A stretch of DNA of 63,350 nucleotides, counting the filler, from Lenisia limosa (lineage: Eukaryota; Protista; Breviatea): NCBI GenBank assembly GCA_001655205.1. It is 21 parts of 21 records of this genome, joined end to end, with 100 filler letters (N's around TTAATTAATTAA, not from the genome) between each part and the next. Parts side by side here need not be neighbours in the genome. Positions count along the whole stretch, not along the records: positions 50,257 to 52,005 come from LPNZ01011020.1; positions 52,106 to 55,260 come from LPNZ01006834.1; positions 55,361 to 56,776 come from LPNZ01005070.1; positions 56,877 to 58,998 come from LPNZ01003962.1; positions 59,099 to 61,750 come from LPNZ01006726.1; positions 61,851 to 63,350 come from LPNZ01001747.1; 15 more parts are not named here. One strand, 5' to 3'. Every line of letters begins with the position of its first letter. Position 1 is the first letter of the stretch. A model generated the notes under the pieces. That model was not told the DNA's origin. It was given only the letters and a program-made list of their open reading frames with translations, and ran no database searches. This document shows positions 50,247 to 61,980 of this stretch, one piece after another. Position numbers and translations under genes: made by a program.

Positions 50247-52004
50247 NNNNNNNNNNATGATATCAACGCTTTAGACGGAGTAAGGGGGGGCGTGACCATG
50301 ATATCAACGCTTTAGACGGAGTAAGGGGGGGCGTGAAGAATTCTCCTCTCCCGCGTTTCAGTCATTCCTTCCTTCCTCAACTATTTCAAAACTCTATGGC
50401 AGAAAAAGAGTGGTAAAATAATAGTACCTGGAGGAAATCTGACTCGACAGAGACAGAGAACACCCCTTCTTTTTGCGACACAGGAAGGCTGCCTTGATAT
50501 TGTCCAATACCTCCTGGATGCGGGGGCGGATACCAACCTTCAAGATGATGTGAGAGGGGACGAGGTGTTTCATGGTATTGTCTATCTTTTGTGAAGAATA
50601 AGCGTATGTTTGACACAAAAAAAACAGTGTTATGAATGTGAACTGTGAATTAATTACTACGAATCATGAACGGCAAGGAAAACTAATTGACCAAGGATGG
50701 GAGGACAGCACTCAGTATTGCGGCAGAAAAGGGCCACCTTGATATAGCCAATGCTCTCCTCCGCTACCAAGCCGCCCCGGATGTTGCCGATAAAGTGGGG
50801 GGGGATCATGGTGGGAGCAGAGTTCTTCTTGTCTATTTCACTTCACGCAGAGGGGTATTGGGGCTCTGTTTCAGTTGGTTGGTTGGTTCTCCACAGTCAT
50901 AACTCCCTGTCTAGCAGATAGTTCACACCTTTCAGGGGGGCATAACAGCCTTGCACTATGCCGCACGGGATTGCCATATTGATATCATTGAGAGTCTCCT
51001 CAAACATTGCGCTAATGTCAATGCCGAAGATAATGTGAGTTTGGTTTTCAGAGTAGAAATGTTCGAATTATACCCCCCCAGCATACTCGAGTAGTTGAAA
51101 TGCGCAGTACAACTTTAAACGTATCAAACTGTGGTTAAGTATGCCAGCCCCAATAACAAAGTCGTCTCCTTCCCAATATTACATCAAAAGTCACAAAGTG
51201 AACAAAAGACATCACCAAGGCTTAGATGGGAGGTACGCCGCTGCACAGTGCCATGGGAATGGGGATGACGGCAGTGAAACCAGGTCGTCTCGGAACGGCC
51301 GAAATTCTGATCCAGCATTGCGCGAATGTTGATGCTAAAGGCTACGTAGGGTGGAGGAATGGCCATGACTGAAATTAATCTATTTTCGCACTTTTAGTGC
51401 TTGTGGAATGCATATTTCAGGCCGCAATAATATTGATCTTCTCAGCACTAATCTCCAGCACGATCAAACCCCGCTTCACGTGGCTGCAGAAAACGGGTTG
51501 GGCAAAATTGTGGAACTTTTGGTGCTTCATGGTGCTTCAATCGATGCTGTTGACAAGGTTGGGATAAGGCCGTTGACAAGGGAGTGACAAGTTGCATTAA
51601 TTGGATGGGATGCGGTGCCGCACTGGCCTGGGCTTTGTTTGTTTTTGTTATCAACCCTCATGTGTTGTCAGCCAACAGACTTGATTTGGGCCAAATTNNN
51701 NNNNNNNNNNNNNNNNNNNNNNNNNNNNNNNNNNNNNNNNNNNNNNNNNNNNNNNNNNNNNNNNNNNNNNNNNNNNNNNNNNNNNNNNNNNNNNNNNNNN
51801 GAGTGTGATCAAAGGTGATATGCCAACAGTCACCTGTCTACTCAAAAATGGCGCTAATGTCGATGCAAGAGAATCCCTTGTAGGCAAGGTCTTTCTTGGT
51901 TCTGCTTTCTCTGATTGGTAAATAGACTTAATTCTCTTTTTACTTTTGATTGTTTTCTCTCGTCAGAGCATTTCTTCTACCCCCCCCCCCAGCTCGAGTC
52001 CACG
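50247..52004 (+). CDS. Ankyrin-repeat protein (internal part)
   Basis: Exons 50451-50549, 50696-50794, 50936-51034, 51226-51345, 51459-51557 and ~51801-51888 each encode a TPLH/TAL..AA..G...IV..LL..GA.VNA.D repeat. Confidence 0.92.
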
Positions 52005-52739
52005 GNNNNNNNNNNNNNNNNNNNNNNNNNNNNNNNNNNNNNNNNNNNNTTAATTAATTAANNNNNNNNNNNNNNNNNNNNNNNNNNNNNNNNNNNNNNN
52101 NNNNNACTACAAAAATCTCTACCATTTACTGTTTATTAATTGCTCCATACCCATTCCCATACTTAAACTAACAAAGCTCAGTAGTATAACATTGTATGTA
52201 AAATATGATATGAATAAAGATTGTTTTTACACCATCATTTACTTTAAATTCATTCCCATTCCCATACCAACCTTAAACCAACAAAGCTCTGCAATGGCAT
52301 GAATCTCGCGACTTGCTTCCGAGTTTTCCAGCGTTGTCGCTGCACGCCACGCGCTATGGAAGTATCTGGGGGGGGGGGGTAAAACAAAGGNNNNNNNNNN
52401 NNNNNNNNNNNNNNNNNNNNNNNNNNNNNNNNNNNNNNNNNNNNNNNNNNNNNNNNNNNNNNNNNNNNNNNNNNNNNNNNNNAACAGAATAAAAAAAAAT
52501 ATACATTTGCCTTTATTTTCAAATAGTGGCTTATAAAGCACTTAAGTCGTGATTAAACCCTCAAAGCTATATATTTTCTGAAATTAAACCTCTTTTCGCT
52601 TGGGGAAATAATACACCCAGGGTTCTGTAATTTCGTAATTTCGAAAAAAATGGAAGAAAAAAGTAACGACACCGGGATTCGAACCCAGAGCCAAAAATTT
52701 GGTCAACACGAGTTAACATTATTCATCAGAAAAGTCCGT

Positions 52740-53647
52740 TGGGAACATTCTTAAGAAACCTCATGATGACGATGCTCCTGAGACTCGTGTCCGCAAGCGC
52801 TGTACTACGAAACCACTGATCGCTACATTGTCCGAAGGCTTCGTATAGAACGTATGACTACTGTTGAGTTAGCTTCCGAGATTTCACACACCCTTGGCAT
52901 CAAACTATCTGAAAATACTGTAATTAGAAGAGCCAATGAAGCTGGGCTGTTTTGTAGGGTTGCCTGTCCCAAATATTTCATTTCTGAAAAGAACCAAAAG
53001 GCACGTTTGGAATTTGCTCGTCGCTATATTGACAAACCGCTCGAGTTCTGGCGTGAGTGGACATTCTCTGATGAGTCTCCTTACCAGCTATTTCAAAAAA
53101 TGGCAAAGTAATCGTTTATCGTGAAATTGGCGCCAGGTATGACCCGAAGAACCTGGTACGAACCTTCAAGAGCGTGGACAGGCGCAAAGTGATGGTTTGG
53201 GCGCTTTCGGCTACAACGGTGTTGGTGATCTCTATTGGATCAAGGAAACAATGACCGGCGACGTCTACGTCAAAATTCTCCCCCGATTTCTGAAGTCCTG
53301 CTCAAAAAAGTTGTCCCACCTATCCTAACTTCTACTGGCAAGAGGACAATAATCCGAAGCACACTTCCCGAGTTGCCCAAGAATTCTTTTCTCGAAACCA
53401 TATTAACCGTGTTGCTTGGCCATCGCAAAGCCCTGATTTGAATCTGATCGAACACTTGTGGAATGTTTTAGATCACAAAGTCCGTTTACTTCATCCTGAG
53501 CGCTTCAGAACTGAAGAAGCCTTGTTTGACTGCCTCAAGCAGGCCTGGCAAGTCATTGATCTTGATACAATGCGAACTCTTATCAACTCTATGCCTCGTC
53601 GCCTTCAAACAGTCCTTGATGCCAACGGAATGCCTACGAAATACTAA
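52740..53647 (+). mobile_element. Tc1-family DD34E transposase, frameshifted
   Basis: HTH region (SENTVIRRANEAG), FSDES, VMVW, QEDNNPKHTS and WPSQSPDLNLIEHLW with 34 residues between the second D and E; ends MPRRLQTVLDANGMPTKY*. Several frameshifts; I did not find TIRs. Confidence 0.9.
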
Positions 53648-53929
53648 AGTAACCTTGTCGCTTTTGATTTATGTTGGTTTCGAATCAATATATCTCGTAG
53701 GTGAATGCACATGAACGCGACCAGTAACATAAACGGTTTCTAAAGTCATATATACCCCAAAAAACCATGGTGGGCAGGTGAAGTTGCAACCTGTCTTTTT
53801 GTCTGCCTGGAGATGCTCCTGATACTGAAGAAGTTTTGAAAATGGTTTGACTAGTTATTACATTTAACTGCTTAGGCTGAGTCAATTATTTCAAACCATA
53901 TTGGTATTGCTGTTAAACTGTCAAGAATG

Positions 53930-55221
53930 TGGGTACAACATTTTTTGGCGAAATTTCCAAACTTGAAAAAAGCGGTTGGTGATATTATAATTTTTGATAA
54001 CTCTTAGAAACCCAATTGCTTGGATAAAGCAAGATCTCAAGCCCACGATGCACTCTTTCTCAGGTTATTCATGAAAAGAACACTCATCCCAAACTGATTT
54101 ATAACTGCGATGAAACCATGGTTGAGGTTTCTGACACCTCACCTGGAAAGGTGATTACACTAAAAGAGCTAAGTAATGTGTATAAACTTTTTAAAAATGG
54201 TGGACAAGTCTAACACATAACAGTCGTTGCAACAATAAGGTGAGGGGGGAGGAGTGTTTTTTTCTGAAGACTGTTGTTTATTTGTCTAATTATTCAGTAC
54301 TAATCTTGAAAATGTTAAACCGGTATTTTTGGTTGAACAAAAACGAGTAAGAACAGTATTCATGATGAACATGGAGCTATTATGATCGAAGCTGCAAATG
54401 GCTGGCAAGTAAGGAATTGATGATACTACTACTCTAGAATGTTGTGTCTTTTACAGAGTACATCTTTATCCCCCACAAGTGGAAGCTGATCGGCTTCGGC
54501 TTGGCCTATCAAATAAAGCAAAAGCTCTGCTCAAATCAGATGGCCATTTGTCTCGGTATGGACACACTGCCCTGGAGGCTCTGGAAACGCATGATATTGA
54601 TCTTTATATCCTCCCATCACATACCTCTCAATGCACTCAACCATTGGATCTAGTGACCTTTGGAATATTGAAAACAAGCTTGGCGAAAAACCTGAAAGAA
54701 TTGACTGGAAAGAAAATTCCCGAAGGGGTGTCCGCTGCTGCTGCACATCGCTGAAAAGCAATTTCATGTTGCTACATCCAAAGAAAAAAAACAAGTCTGC
54801 ATTTGCTCGGGGCGGAATCATTCTGAATAAACAGGAGAATATTTTGGATCCTTCAAAGTTTGCTCTACATCTTCCGAATCCAGATCATGTGTTTGATGCT
54901 CCATTGCTACCACCTCCACGAACTGCTTTATACACATGTGTTTAGAAGACCCCTGACCTAATGAAGAAGGTGAAAAGTGCTAAGGAGGTTAACCAATGTC
55001 CTCAAATTGCAAAGCAAGCTTGGGTGGATTTGGCTGCAATTCGAGATGAACTGACTGAAAAAGAAACGGACTGTTACTTGAAAAATCCTGATTTGCTGCC
55101 ATGGTCGAAGAACCCAATAATTGGACAAGATCCACATCTTGCATTTGAAGTGTCCACTGGACCAAGGAAGGGAATTGCTCCTTTTTGCGTTTTCATAATA
55201 AGCATCTGGCGTCATTTCTGA
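53930..55221 (+). mobile_element. pogo/Fot1-like DD35D transposase relic with apparent introns
   Basis: IYNCDETM, HITVVATI, ANGW, SDGH...LPSHTSQCTQPLD (35 residues between the Ds). GT-AG interruptions at ~54240-54297 and ~54410-54457, plus stops and frameshifts. Confidence 0.85.
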
Positions 55222-56883
55222 TCCTTTTGATCCGTCATTTTCACTTCAATTTGCTCCGCANNNNNNNNNNNNNNNNNNNNNNNNNNNNNNNNNNNNNNNN
55301 NNNNTTAATTAATTAANNNNNNNNNNNNNNNNNNNNNNNNNNNNNNNNNNNNNNNNNNNNCTTCACTTCGGTTCGAAAAAAGACTGAATTTCTCGATAAA
55401 TCCTCGAAAACTATCGATATGTATATTACCGGTCTTTTTCGAACCGAAGTCAAGCCCTAAGGTGATATAATCAATTGGACAATTACTTTTTTATTGGACG
55501 ACTTTAGTAGGCTTCAACCCTCATAGTCTGCTAGCTAACAGAGTTGATTGTGGGGTTTTTTTCTTTTAAATTTTCTGATAAGAAAACATCGAGTTTTTTT
55601 TCCTGGGAGTGGTTTTCTGCTTTGTTAAGATAAAGCTTTCCACAACAGAAAACTCCGAGTAACAAAAGGGAGACAACCAGGTGAAAAATAAAAAAAACGA
55701 GGGGAATTCGAATGGAACACTCTTGCCTCGGGATTTCCCTCTTTTCAAGTGTTTTAAAAAATACATTTCAAAAAAGTTTTTTCCAACCCCCCCCCCCCCC
55801 NNNNNNNNNNNNNNNNNNNNNNNNNNNNNNNNNNNNNNNNNNNNNNNNNNNNNNNNNNNNNNNNNNNNNNNNNNNNNNNNNNNNNNNNNGCCATTCGCTC
55901 CTGCTCTGAGGTTTGGGGAGCGAGCTGACAATGGGGATGGTGTGTGTGTGTGTGGGTGGGTGAGTGTGGGTGAGAGTGTGAGTGAGTGTTTCTTGTGGTC
56001 AGCCAACAGCTACATTACTTATTCTTTTTAGCTCTCCCGTGAGTTCTAGTCGTCCTCGTTCTGCATCAGGTGTAGGCGAGGGGGGGGGGGGCGTCATTTT
56101 GATTCGAAAAAGACCATTAAAANNNNNNNNNNNNNNNNNNNNNNNNNNNNNNNNNNNNNNNNNNNNNNNNNNNNNNNNNNNNNNNNNNNNNNNNNNNNNN
56201 NNNNNNNNNNNNNNNNNNNNNNNNNNNNNNNNNNGAGGATATGTCGAAAACTTCATCGAACCGAATTAAAGCCCAAGGGGAGGGGGGTGCTTTTTGCGGG
56301 TGATTTCTAACCCCGGTTTTTATTATAACCATTGTAAAAATGATAATGATCTTGGCTTTGTTTTCACTTTGTAAAGGGCTCTTTTGAAGCGTCGTTATCG
56401 CGACCGTCAAACCCGCAAGTGGATGCGGTCGTCGAAGAGCCTAATGTTATTGACTATGGTATACTGGGAAGCACGCAGAAAGCTGTGCAGAGAGAGTTTA
56501 AAGATTGGATGAAAATATTATGATTATCGGTTGTTGAAGAACCTTGTATTGTTGACATGGTAGGAGTTGGGTGTTGCTTAACAGAGTAGATTTTGGGCTT
56601 CTTTTTTTTTTCATCAATTTTCCATTATACTTATGTCATGGGAGAAGTCACTGGCGTTGGCTTTGTTTGTTGGAGTGATGGGATGCGGTGCTGCAAAAGC
56701 CATTGGCCTGGGCTTTGCTTCACTCTGATCCTAGTATCAATATAGACTTTTCTCTTTATGATCCTTGTTTCAATAGNNNNNNNNNNNNNNNNNNNNNNNN
56801 NNNNNNNNNNNNNNNNNNNNTTAATTAATTAANNNNNNNNNNNNNNNNNNNNNNNNNNNNNNNNNNNNNNNNNNNNCTCGCAG

Positions 56884-58773
56884 GTCGAGTCAAACCTGTC
56901 GGTCAACGATCACCTTCGCCTGGCTGGAACCTTTCACTCCCTCCACGCGATCAGCCGCGAAATCGCCCCCATTGAAACGCCCGGCCTGCAGCGCCTCGAC
57001 GCAGCCTCCTTTAGCCTCCACTGTCGACGCACGGCTACCGGTACGACTTAATTATCATTGCTCTTTATATTATATCAATATTATAGAAAGTATAAGCTAC
57101 TATTATATGTAATAAAGAGAGGTGGGGGGTAGCCTCAATTGTCGACGGACGGCTACCGCTGCTGAGGGGAGGGGGGCCTCGATATATCTTCTCGATAATT
57201 CTCGATAAATATCTATATTCACCGATCTTTTTCGGACCGTAGGGAAGCCCTAATTATCATGTCAATGAGAGCACTAAACAATAATAGTCATATACATACA
57301 CATAATACCAGGGCTCCGGACAGTTAATTTTTTTGAGGAAATTAATTGACAAAATGTGCTATTTTGTCAAAAGTAAAGGAAGAAATGAAAGGGATAATTA
57401 AAACAACCCAACCAACCTTTTTACAATGATGAAGTAACAGTTTATACTTTTTACCAAGAATTTTCAAAGCATCATTCTCGAATTCTTTGTAAAATGAGTT
57501 GAGAGGTGCGTTGAGAGATTCGAATGCTGGGAGTGTCAGCGTGTGTACAAGAGAAACAATTAGAAATTAAAGTGTCGGAAATGGGGTTCTCGTTACAATA
57601 TGGCCCATGACAAATTTTATATAATTATCATCTCATAGAGTATACCTAGCACTATATCTATACTCTATCTATACTATATCGTATTATAGTATATACATGT
57701 ATATGATACAAAATCATATGTATGAAAGAGGTTACATGTTTATATATATAGACTACGTGTATATATGTATATGTGTGTGGGGAGGGGCTTTCTTTTAACT
57801 ACGGAATCACTTATGCTTCTAAAAGTAAAACATAATAATAACGCAGGACTCAAGTTCCTCCTTTTGACTTCCCCCCAACAAACTGGTGTCAGTGACATGT
57901 TCAAAAAAACCTATGAGGTGGAGGGGGGTCTGTTTTGATATTAAATCACTGCTAGCTGTTGACTATGCAGATAGAATCCAAATCACATTTCTTATTGTGA
58001 TGGTGCAGACGGCTTCGGCCAGATACAACTTTGTTTTATTTCTCATTGCTATTATATCTTATATTTTCTATATGCATATGCATAGTATATTATACAAGTA
58101 GTTTTTGATTTGATTTTTAATTCCCAAAAAAGTAGTATATGATGATTTGTTTTTTTATTTCTCATCTCTGATAGCGTGATATGGTGTGGACGGCTTCGGC
58201 CAGATACGACCTTGTTTTTTTATTTCTCATAAACAATATATGATGATTTGTTTTTTATTTCTCATCTTCAAATTTTCAGATCTATGCTGACGGGGTAATG
58301 AAGGATCCCTCCTATGAACCGGACATGCCCATTCAAGGCATGATGTTCGTCAACTCAGTGGGGGGACATTTTTTCTGTTTGGGAAACAAGAGAGGAATAG
58401 AGCCCTGAGATCTCACAAAATAGCTAACAAGGAGGGTAGGTAGAATACTGTTTTTGATTTGGAAATAGGAAAGAGAAAAAAAAAACCCTGAGGTAACACT
58501 GGAGCTTCACTTCGGTTCGAAAAGACCGCTAAAATATCGATAGTTTTCGAGATTTTATTGAAATATTCAGTCTTTATTAGAACCGAAGTGAAGCCCTAAC
58601 ACACAATATCAAACGGTTACGAACCAAGGAGCGGGAGGGGGGGGGGTGTCTTTTTTGCTTTGATTTATAATGTCTATATCCAACATCTCGTATTATTATA
58701 AAAAGCGTGATACCCAAAAGTCACCTTTCAGGTTAGAGAGTTCTTCAGAGCTATCAATGCACAATCATCCTAG
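56884..58773 (+). CDS. TRAPPC4: TRAPP complex subunit 4 (Trs23), 3' part
   Basis: SVNDHLRLAGTFHSLHAI...FSLHCRRTATG|LKFLLLTSP...KKTYE|IYADGVMKDPSYEPDMPI...|VREFFRAINAQSS*. Confidence 0.9.
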
Positions 58774-59948
58774 TTCAAATGCGACAATGGGGGGGATTGG
58801 TGAAATTATAACTTTTTGTGGCCACTTAAATTCGAATTAGGTATTTACTTTCGGATCGGTTAAGTATTACTCCTACTTATTAGCTGGGATTGTTTTCGGT
58901 TGGAAGGGGGTGGGGTGGGGGTGATGATCTTACTACAGTGACCGGGATAAGTCTTGACTGATTTTCTATGTGTTATCTCAAGGATAATCAGTCAGACTNN
59001 NNNNNNNNNNNNNNNNNNNNNNNNNNNNNNNNNNNNNNNNNNTTAATTAATTAANNNNNNNNNNNNNNNNNNNNNNNNNNNNNNNNNNNNNNNNNNNNTC
59101 AGGTTGGTGTTCGCACTCAATGGGTACGACTTATATATATAAATATACAATAATATTACAGTGGTATTACCGATAGGATATGAGACAGTATGTCCTAGGA
59201 GGTATGTATGTCACGTAAACACGTAAATATTCAAAATACACAAAGTCCTGTCACCGCTGTTGTCAACTGGTGGGTGAAGGTGAAGGCGCAGAAGAGAGAG
59301 ACAAGAACTAAGTTACACTAGCTGCATTAGTTACATCTGTGACCTTCTACACACGTGATAGCGCAATAGCGCGTTGTTGTCAGTTGTTGTTGATTGGTTG
59401 TTGATATTTTGAAGTGGTTTAACGCAAGACAGAGGATTTGGTAGAGGGGAGGGACAAGATTGATCTGGAAGTGTAGCCAAGAGCGGTTCGTCTTCGAAGC
59501 GTGCACCATGCTTCTCCTCCTGCTTACAACAGTCTTCATCACTTTTTTACAAGGTAGGATGGGCAGAATAAGGTGCCGAGGAGAAAGACTCCGACTTAAG
59601 GGTAAAGATCACACTGTACTGCTAAGTTGTTTGTAGTTCTCAACATCATTAAGATGATTATTGGGCTAAATAATCCTGTTTCTCTTCAAAGACACGGCCT
59701 TTCTTTCTCCATGCTGTACAGTCAAGTCAGCCGACATATAGCATTCCAAACATTGTTTTTGAAAGAATATTGAAAGCACACATGTTACCTCTCATTTTTT
59801 GACACAGCGGCAGTATCCCCTATACACTTGTATGATAATTGACTGGCCAGTCTTATTGCTCTGATATTTACATACTTGGGAATGTGTGTAGGTATATGTA
59901 ATCCAATTTCGTCAAATGATTGTCCATTTACTTTACAACGTCAACCCC

Positions 59949-60265
59949 GCTTCCTGATTGCCTCCGCATAAAATATTACCCAATCATTTGCCTTACAACG
60001 CTATGTACACAGCTTCCTGATTGCCTCCGCATAAAAAAATTACCCAATCATTTGCCTTACAACGCTATGTACACAGCTTCCTGATTGCCTCCGCATAAAA
60101 AATTACCCAATCATTTGCCTTACAACGCTATGTACACAGCTTCCTGATTGCCTCCGCATAAAAAATTACCCAATCATTTGCCTTACAACGCTATGTACAC
60201 AGCTTTCAACGTGCCATACAAATTTACACAATCATATGCTTACAACCCTATGCATCCAGCTTTCC
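59949..60265. repeat. ~63-bp tandem repeat, 4 near-perfect copies plus a degenerate one
   Basis: Unit GCTTCCTGATTGCCTCCGCATAAAAAATTACCCAATCATTTGCCTTACAACGCTATGTACACA starts at 59949, 60012, 60076 and 60139. Confidence 0.95.
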
Positions 60266-60679
60266 GCGTGCCTCACAAATTAGATTCATGAATATGGATA
60301 AAAGCCTAAGGATACATAGCATAAAGCTTGTCGAATAAGTGTTTAGCCAACAGTTGTTTTTCTCTTTGTTTCACAAGTTTTAACGAGTATTGCCTGTTTA
60401 ATTTTGCCTGATCTTTTGTTCGTGATTACTTATTCCTCATCGAAATTTCCTTCATTTCACCATCTCTCAATGGCTGTCCTGGGTTTCATGTCTTTTCCCC
60501 CTCTCGCTTATTTCTCAAATATGCTATCAGAGTTGCTGCTGGCCTTTTTTTTGTTTAATAAATTTTCCACAATACCCTCGTACGCTGGAGTGGTGGGATG
60601 CGGTGCTGCAGAANNNNNNNNNNNNNNNNNNNNNNNNNNNNNNNNNNNNNNNNNNNNNNNNNNNNNNNNNNNNNNNNNN

Positions 60680-61225
60680 CCCCAGGAACCACAGCCGACT
60701 CCTTTGGCGTATGGGGTGCCAATTCGAACAACGTTTTTGGGCTCAGTAGCGCCGAAATGGAAACTTCCAAGTCGGCTGTGTACCCCATTGTTTAAATATT
60801 ATTAGAGCTTCACTGCCGGTTTCAAAAGACTGACAAAATATCGATATACTATACGTATATCGAGGATTTATCGAGTATTCAGTCTTTTTAGGAACCGAAA
60901 GTGAAGCTCTAATCAGGAGAGGATTATAATATGGGCTTCTCTTCGATTAGAAAAGTACCGGTAAAATATCGATTGTTTTCGAGGATTTATCGAGAAATTC
61001 AGTCTTTTTTCGAACCGAAGTGAAGCGCTAGTTATAATAAACTCCAATTTAGTCCTATAACAGCCCTTGTGTGTTGTGAGCCAACAGTTAATTTGAGCTT
61101 TTTTTTCTGTTTCATAAGTTTTCCAACTTACCCCCCGCAGCCTGAAATCGATGGTATGGAGAGATGACGTCATTAGCTGGTCCCCGGAAATAGAGTATTC
61201 GTACTCCACGCTCCAGCATGGACAC
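60680..61225 (+). CDS. Hypothetical protein exons
   Basis: GTTADSFGVWGANSNNVFGLSSAEMETSKSA and LKSMVWRDDVISWSPEIEYSYSTLQHGH, each after a C-tract-AG acceptor. Confidence 0.35.
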
Positions 61226-61889
61226 GTGACGTATAATGGTGGGAGGCGCGGGGGGTATGATTACAGATTCTAAATTTTCTGACAAATCCTCGATAAATAT
61301 CGATATTTTGTCGATCTTTTCGGACCATTGGGAAGTGCAACTGGGGGGGGGGGGGNNNNNNNNNNNNNNNNNNNNNNNNNNNNNNNNNNNNNNNNNNNNN
61401 NNNNNNNNNNNNNNNNNNNNNNNNNNNNNNNNNNNNNNNNNNNNNNNNNNNCCTTTTGCGTTGCTAGGCGTTGAGATGATTGATACTTCCTTGTTTTTGT
61501 TTCATAAAACAATATTCCCCATTGAAAACATTTCCTTCAGGGCTTGTTTTTCTTTTTGTGTTTTTGTAATCTGGTTTTGTCTAGTTTTAGCGTTGGTTGA
61601 TCGTGTTTGTCTTTGCTTGTTTTTTGTTTTTTGTTTGTTTGAAGTTTCAGATTATTCGGTTCGTGATTAATACCTTTGCGCCAATATTCTTATGAAATTG
61701 TTTCTGCTGCAGAAGCGACTCCTTATGTGTTAACAGTGTTGATTTTGGGCNNNNNNNNNNNNNNNNNNNNNNNNNNNNNNNNNNNNNNNNNNNNTTAATT
61801 AATTAANNNNNNNNNNNNNNNNNNNNNNNNNNNNNNNNNNNNNNNNNNNNACTCCAGCGTATATAACGGAAATTGTTGACCCCCCCTAC

Positions 61890-61980
61890 TTAGTAGCTTC
61901 GCCATAGGCCTTAGCACGCTGGTCAATGCTAAGTTGCTCTCTCTTCTGATTGATGGGGTCCTGTTTGGGGGCTGTGTCCT
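61890..61980 (-). CDS. Isolated exon of a hypothetical protein
   Basis: CAG|DTAPKQDPINQKREQLSIDQRAKAYGEAT|GTAGG. Confidence 0.35.

Noticed and set aside
50247-50335. 41-bp duplication of an ankyrin exon end
   Set aside because: It sits at the scaffold edge, so it may be an assembly artefact.
186-61355. Poly-G/poly-C runs beside N gaps as G-quadruplex or telomeric signals
   Set aside because: Most are the C-tract end of family B or of acceptors, where assembly breaks. Their lengths are unreliable and there is no telomeric repeat unit.
9419-61806. Recurrent TTAATTAATTAA as a biological motif, and gene clustering across the window
   Set aside because: It is always centred in a fixed 100-nt N spacer, so it is a concatenation linker. 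Neighbouring scaffolds are not known to be linked.
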